Below are positions 60,488 through 64,000 of a stretch of 64,000 bases of DNA, piece by piece. The notes below the pieces were generated by a model. It had not been told where the DNA came from, ran no database searches, and worked only from the letters and a program-made list of their open reading frames with translations. Location of the stretch: contig OZ374559.1 of NCBI GenBank assembly GCA_977862235.1, positions 1,922,001 to 1,986,000 of the forward strand, read 5' to 3'. The DNA comes from Dudresnaya verticillata. Taxonomy: Eukaryota. The number at the start of each line of letters is the position of its first letter. The first letter of the stretch is position 1. Made by a program: the position numbers and the translations under genes.

Positions 60488-63121
60488 ATGCCTGGAGACG
60501 ACGACTCCTCCTCGCCCTCGGAAGACGTCCGCAGGCGCGTGCAGCGCCAGCTGCAGCTCACGGCGGACAACGAGCTCGCGCGCCGGCTAGCCGCGGACGA
60601 GACCCGTCTGATGGGAGAACGCTTGGATGACCACTTGGTCGCCCTGCGCCTCGCGGCAGAGTTCATTACCGAGGTGGACAGCCCGCCATCGCCGTCCGCT
60701 ACCGCCGCCGAGACAAACGTCCCTGCCTTCCCGCGGCCGGAACAGGCCGCTACTCTGTGCCTGCAGCACCCCGCCGCATCGCTCCAACATCCCTACGGTG
60801 CACGTTATATCCCCACGTCGGGTTCGCACCATGCCCACCCATCCCACACACACCACACACACCACGCTCCCTCATTTCCCTGCCACTACGCCCACCCATT
60901 GCCCGTGCACAATCATTCAGTCCCGCCCCACCACCATCCTGCTGGGCAGCCCACGCCCTACCATTCGCATTCTGGACCGCTCGGGCAATGCTGCCCGCCT
61001 GCTCAAGCCCATGTGCGCGTGGTCCCATCGTCAACGCAACATGCAGCCATGCCTGCGGGGCACTCGTTTGAGGATCCAGTAGCCAGAACGGCGTTCTACC
61101 CCCCGTTCACGCAGCATACGGTCGACCCTGGCAACTCCTCGTACCAGCACCGCCAAACGACATCTCCTGGGCAGGCCTTTCTGTCTCCTAACCATCCCAA
61201 CTACGCTAGTTTCGCCCAATCTTGCGCTGCTGGCTCGGAACACCACGACGATGCCGCTGTGTCGACCCAACAGCCCATGCACCGCGTCACCGGGACCTAT
61301 GCGCCAGATCCCACTTTGTTTACCCAACAACCTACTCACCAGTTCACCCCACAATATGCGCCAGATGGCACTTTGTCGACCCAACAACCCATGCACCGTT
61401 TCACCCCGATCCACACATCAGATGACACTGTGTCGACCCAACAACCCATTCACCACTTCACCCCAACATACGCGCCAGCACCAATTGCCCGTTGGCAGCA
61501 CTTCACACCAGACCACGCGCGGTTCACCGCCGGCGCTTCTTCAGATGATTCTTTCCCTGTGAATCCCCCGGTCGCCGTTCACGTATTAGCTGCCGGCCGT
61601 GGTGATCCTGCTCCAAGCCAGCTCGCAGCCGCATCGCCTACAAGGCTGATCTCTGTCATCCACCCATATTTCACCGCTGGTTGCGCTGTCGATGAAACAA
61701 AACATCATGGACACGCTCCTTCCCTTGGCTTGTCTGCCGCTGACAACCAGCTTGCTGATGTTCCCTCCACAGACCCCGTCGACCTCATTCACGTACAAGG
61801 CAGTTCTACGGCACCTGCAAAACCGGTTTCCGTCCCGCATCCACCCACGCACTCTACCGAGACTGCAGAACTGGTTGCACCCACCCATCAGGATCTCAGT
61901 ACAAAGCAGCTTTCGAGGCCCACAGAAAGAGCTGCAGAAGCAAAAAGGACAGTCGCCTGCTCTCCAAACGATGAAACTCCCAACAACGAATCGGGATACG
62001 GCTACAGTCGACTAGCAGCACTTGCTAGCTCTTTAGGACTACTGGGGATTGTTTCCAGATGGAATCAATCCCGAGCATCGTCTTCCACGCCAGACCAGAG
62101 CACAATTTCTTCCGGGGCATCCTCATCTGATCAGAAGGAGGCTGCTACAGGGTTATCCTCATTTCGTCAGCAGCCGCCCATTTCAGCTCCCAGCGCATCA
62201 GATGATCACGAACTAGGGGCCCGATTCGCAAAGGAGGATTGGGAAAGATATCCAGAAAGATATCAGGAGATTCTTGCAGACAAGGAATTTGCACAGCGTC
62301 TTTGGGAAGAAGACGTCGCCAAGCAACGTGACTTCGGTGAAGCACAGCAGCTTGCCCAGAGAGACCAGGACGAGGCGAAAGATGCTGTCGTCGCTTTAAC
62401 CATTGCGGCCAAGAACCTCGGATTGCAAGAGGATCTACTAGCTGTGTCCGATGAAACGCATGACTGCATGCTTTGTGCAGAGACTGTGGCGGGCACATCC
62501 GCGTTCAGGTCCAAGTCTTGTGAACATGTTTTCTGTACTATTTGCATTCGAAAACATATTAGGATTTCTGTTGAGGAAGGAAAGCTTCCAGTCAAGTGCC
62601 CGCATTGTCCTTCCGAATACAGCTTGCAGGAGTGCCTCGCACTCATGGCTGGAACTGGAGATCCGGAGCAAAAGCTGAACAAGATGATCATAGAGCGGGT
62701 GCATCACCAGCAGATGCATTTTTGTGCGAATCCGACATGCTCCCAGCCGTTTGACTATGCGCTCATTGGAGATGATGACGATGATGATGCTTGCAGAGCA
62801 GATTGCCCAATATGTCATACAAGGACTTGTGTCCGGTGCAAGGTCAAGTGGCACGAGGGACGCACCTGCAAGCAATACAAGGAAAACTTAGAGTTCGGTG
62901 AGCTGCGCAAGCTGGTGAAGAAGGAGAAATGGCAAATCTGTCCAGGCTGTGGCGAAGCAGTTGAGAGACCGCCAGATGGATGCAACTTTCTGATGTGCCG
63001 TTGTCGGACTGCATTCTGCTATAATTGCGGCGTTAAGTACTTGTCGACGAAGACCACAGCAAACAATTTGCATGGGCAGCCAGGTTGCAACTGCGGACTG
63101 TTCTCATACAAAAGTACGTAA
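60488..63121 (+). CDS. RBR-type (RING1-IBR-RING2) E3 ubiquitin ligase, 877 aa
   Basis: CMLC...CEHVFCTIC...CPHC; CANPTC...CPIC...CVRCKVKWHEGRTC; CPGC...GCNFLMCRCRTAFCYNC; MIU-like DxELAxxL motifs; CACCATG start. Confidence 0.93.
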   Translation: MPGDDDSSSPSEDVRRRVQRQLQLTADNELARRLAADETRLMGERLDDHLVALRLAAEFITEVDSPPSPSATAAETNVPAFPRPEQAATLCLQHPAASLQHPYGARYIPTSGSHHAHPSHTHHTHHAPSFPCHYAHPLPVHNHSVPPHHHPAGQPTPYHSHSGPLGQCCPPAQAHVRVVPSSTQHAAMPAGHSFEDPVARTAFYPPFTQHTVDPGNSSYQHRQTTSPGQAFLSPNHPNYASFAQSCAAGSEHHDDAAVSTQQPMHRVTGTYAPDPTLFTQQPTHQFTPQYAPDGTLSTQQPMHRFTPIHTSDDTVSTQQPIHHFTPTYAPAPIARWQHFTPDHARFTAGASSDDSFPVNPPVAVHVLAAGRGDPAPSQLAAASPTRLISVIHPYFTAGCAVDETKHHGHAPSLGLSAADNQLADVPSTDPVDLIHVQGSSTAPAKPVSVPHPPTHSTETAELVAPTHQDLSTKQLSRPTERAAEAKRTVACSPNDETPNNESGYGYSRLAALASSLGLLGIVSRWNQSRASSSTPDQSTISSGASSSDQKEAATGLSSFRQQPPISAPSASDDHELGARFAKEDWERYPERYQEILADKEFAQRLWEEDVAKQRDFGEAQQLAQRDQDEAKDAVVALTIAAKNLGLQEDLLAVSDETHDCMLCAETVAGTSAFRSKSCEHVFCTICIRKHIRISVEEGKLPVKCPHCPSEYSLQECLALMAGTGDPEQKLNKMIIERVHHQQMHFCANPTCSQPFDYALIGDDDDDDACRADCPICHTRTCVRCKVKWHEGRTCKQYKENLEFGELRKLVKKEKWQICPGCGEAVERPPDGCNFLMCRCRTAFCYNCGVKYLSTKTTANNLHGQPGCNCGLFSYKST
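61250..61477 (+). repeat. Coding minisatellite, 4 x 57 bp (19 aa)
   Basis: DxxxSTQQPxHxFTPxYAP-like units starting 61250, 61307, 61364 and 61421. Confidence 0.9.
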
Positions 63122-64000
63122 ATGTTTATACCCCGTGCAAAAGCTTTCTTCTTGTTAGGAGTAACCCTTCGGACGAAACGCAAGCACTCACGAATCGCAT
63201 TGTATCTCATCTTCTCCGCTTTCAGGCGCTGGCGATCAATCGCCGTCGTCTTGCCCTTCAGGTAGGTCCTTGCGTAGACGGGGCGACTTAGCGCCCTTCC
63301 AATCCTACCATAAAGGTCCCCATCTCTCTTGTTAGATCATCATCATCATTTGTTAGATAAAAATAAAGGTTGTGCTAGTTTTGGCCTTTGTATGGCTAAG
63401 TGGTCTAACAGCTCATCGAAAAGATCACAGCATAACATTTCCAGTGCTACCGTACATGGGCCGAAGCAGACCGAGCAGGGCAACTTGGTCAGGTAGTAAA
63501 TCCCTTGGGATCGCTATGTACTGCAATCGGATACCGTCCAGAGCCCCTCCAGAGCGGCTTGCTAGTGACCCGGCGCAACATGTGTACAGCAGCCAGCGAC
63601 TGGGTGGTGTGGGGTACCTTGGTAACCGCCGACTGCACATTGGGACGGTGAGATTTGTGGTGATTGATTCGTCAGTCATGCGGTCAAGAAGGCATTCGAA
63701 GTTTACTCCCGCTCGGTTGTTTGTGTTGTTGTATTTTATTTGTTGTTTAACGTGGCCCTGCGTAGGCGACTTTGGGCCATTTGCTGGCACACGGTCGATT
63801 AATGGGCGGGGAGTTATGCACTACAGAGTGGGGATGTGGTAGTGGGTGGGCCTGTCTACTGGGTGGCATGCGGTGAGGGGTATTCTTCGAGGCATATACG
63901 ACGGATGGCTCGCAGGGCGTCGCAGACGCTGGCGGCGGTGGATGGGTTGGGGTCTTGGAGTGACAGAAGTAACAGCGTCTGTGCGCGCGGTCGCAGCGCG

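Overview
Eukaryotic, intron-poor genomic DNA, most consistent with a florideophyte red alga (inferred from intronless genes, gene families, microsatellites and GC islands; not verified). Many ORF-track starts use GTG/TTG, so ATG starts were re-assigned. (1) 1-32596 is a near-perfect tandem array of an 8,963-bp unit (at least 3.6 copies, open at the left edge). Each unit has one intact gene (a secreted Cys-rich prepropeptide), a CK1-like kinase pseudogene, two related solo-LTR-like elements and a long hairpin. The array ends in the kinase 3' end and runs into a diverged paralogous flank, pointing to unequal crossover between kinase paralogs. (2) 34.5-48 kb is a gene cluster: two secreted RTX/haemolysin-type Ca-binding-related paralogs, a fucosyltransferase-like protein, a secreted protein with a Hint-like C-terminus, and a fusion of 7 peptidoglycan-binding domains with a DRE-TIM barrel and an EF-hand. 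(3) About 48.9-58.8 kb is a roughly 10-kb palindrome carrying a coiled-coil/CK1-like kinase on each arm (one intact, one frameshifted), with a near-identical core and a transposon-debris spacer. (4) 60.5-63.1 kb is an RBR E3 ubiquitin ligase. The best novelty candidates are the PGBD-enzyme fusion, the RTX-related secreted pair and the amplified defensin-like peptide; together they may form a host-microbe interaction locus.
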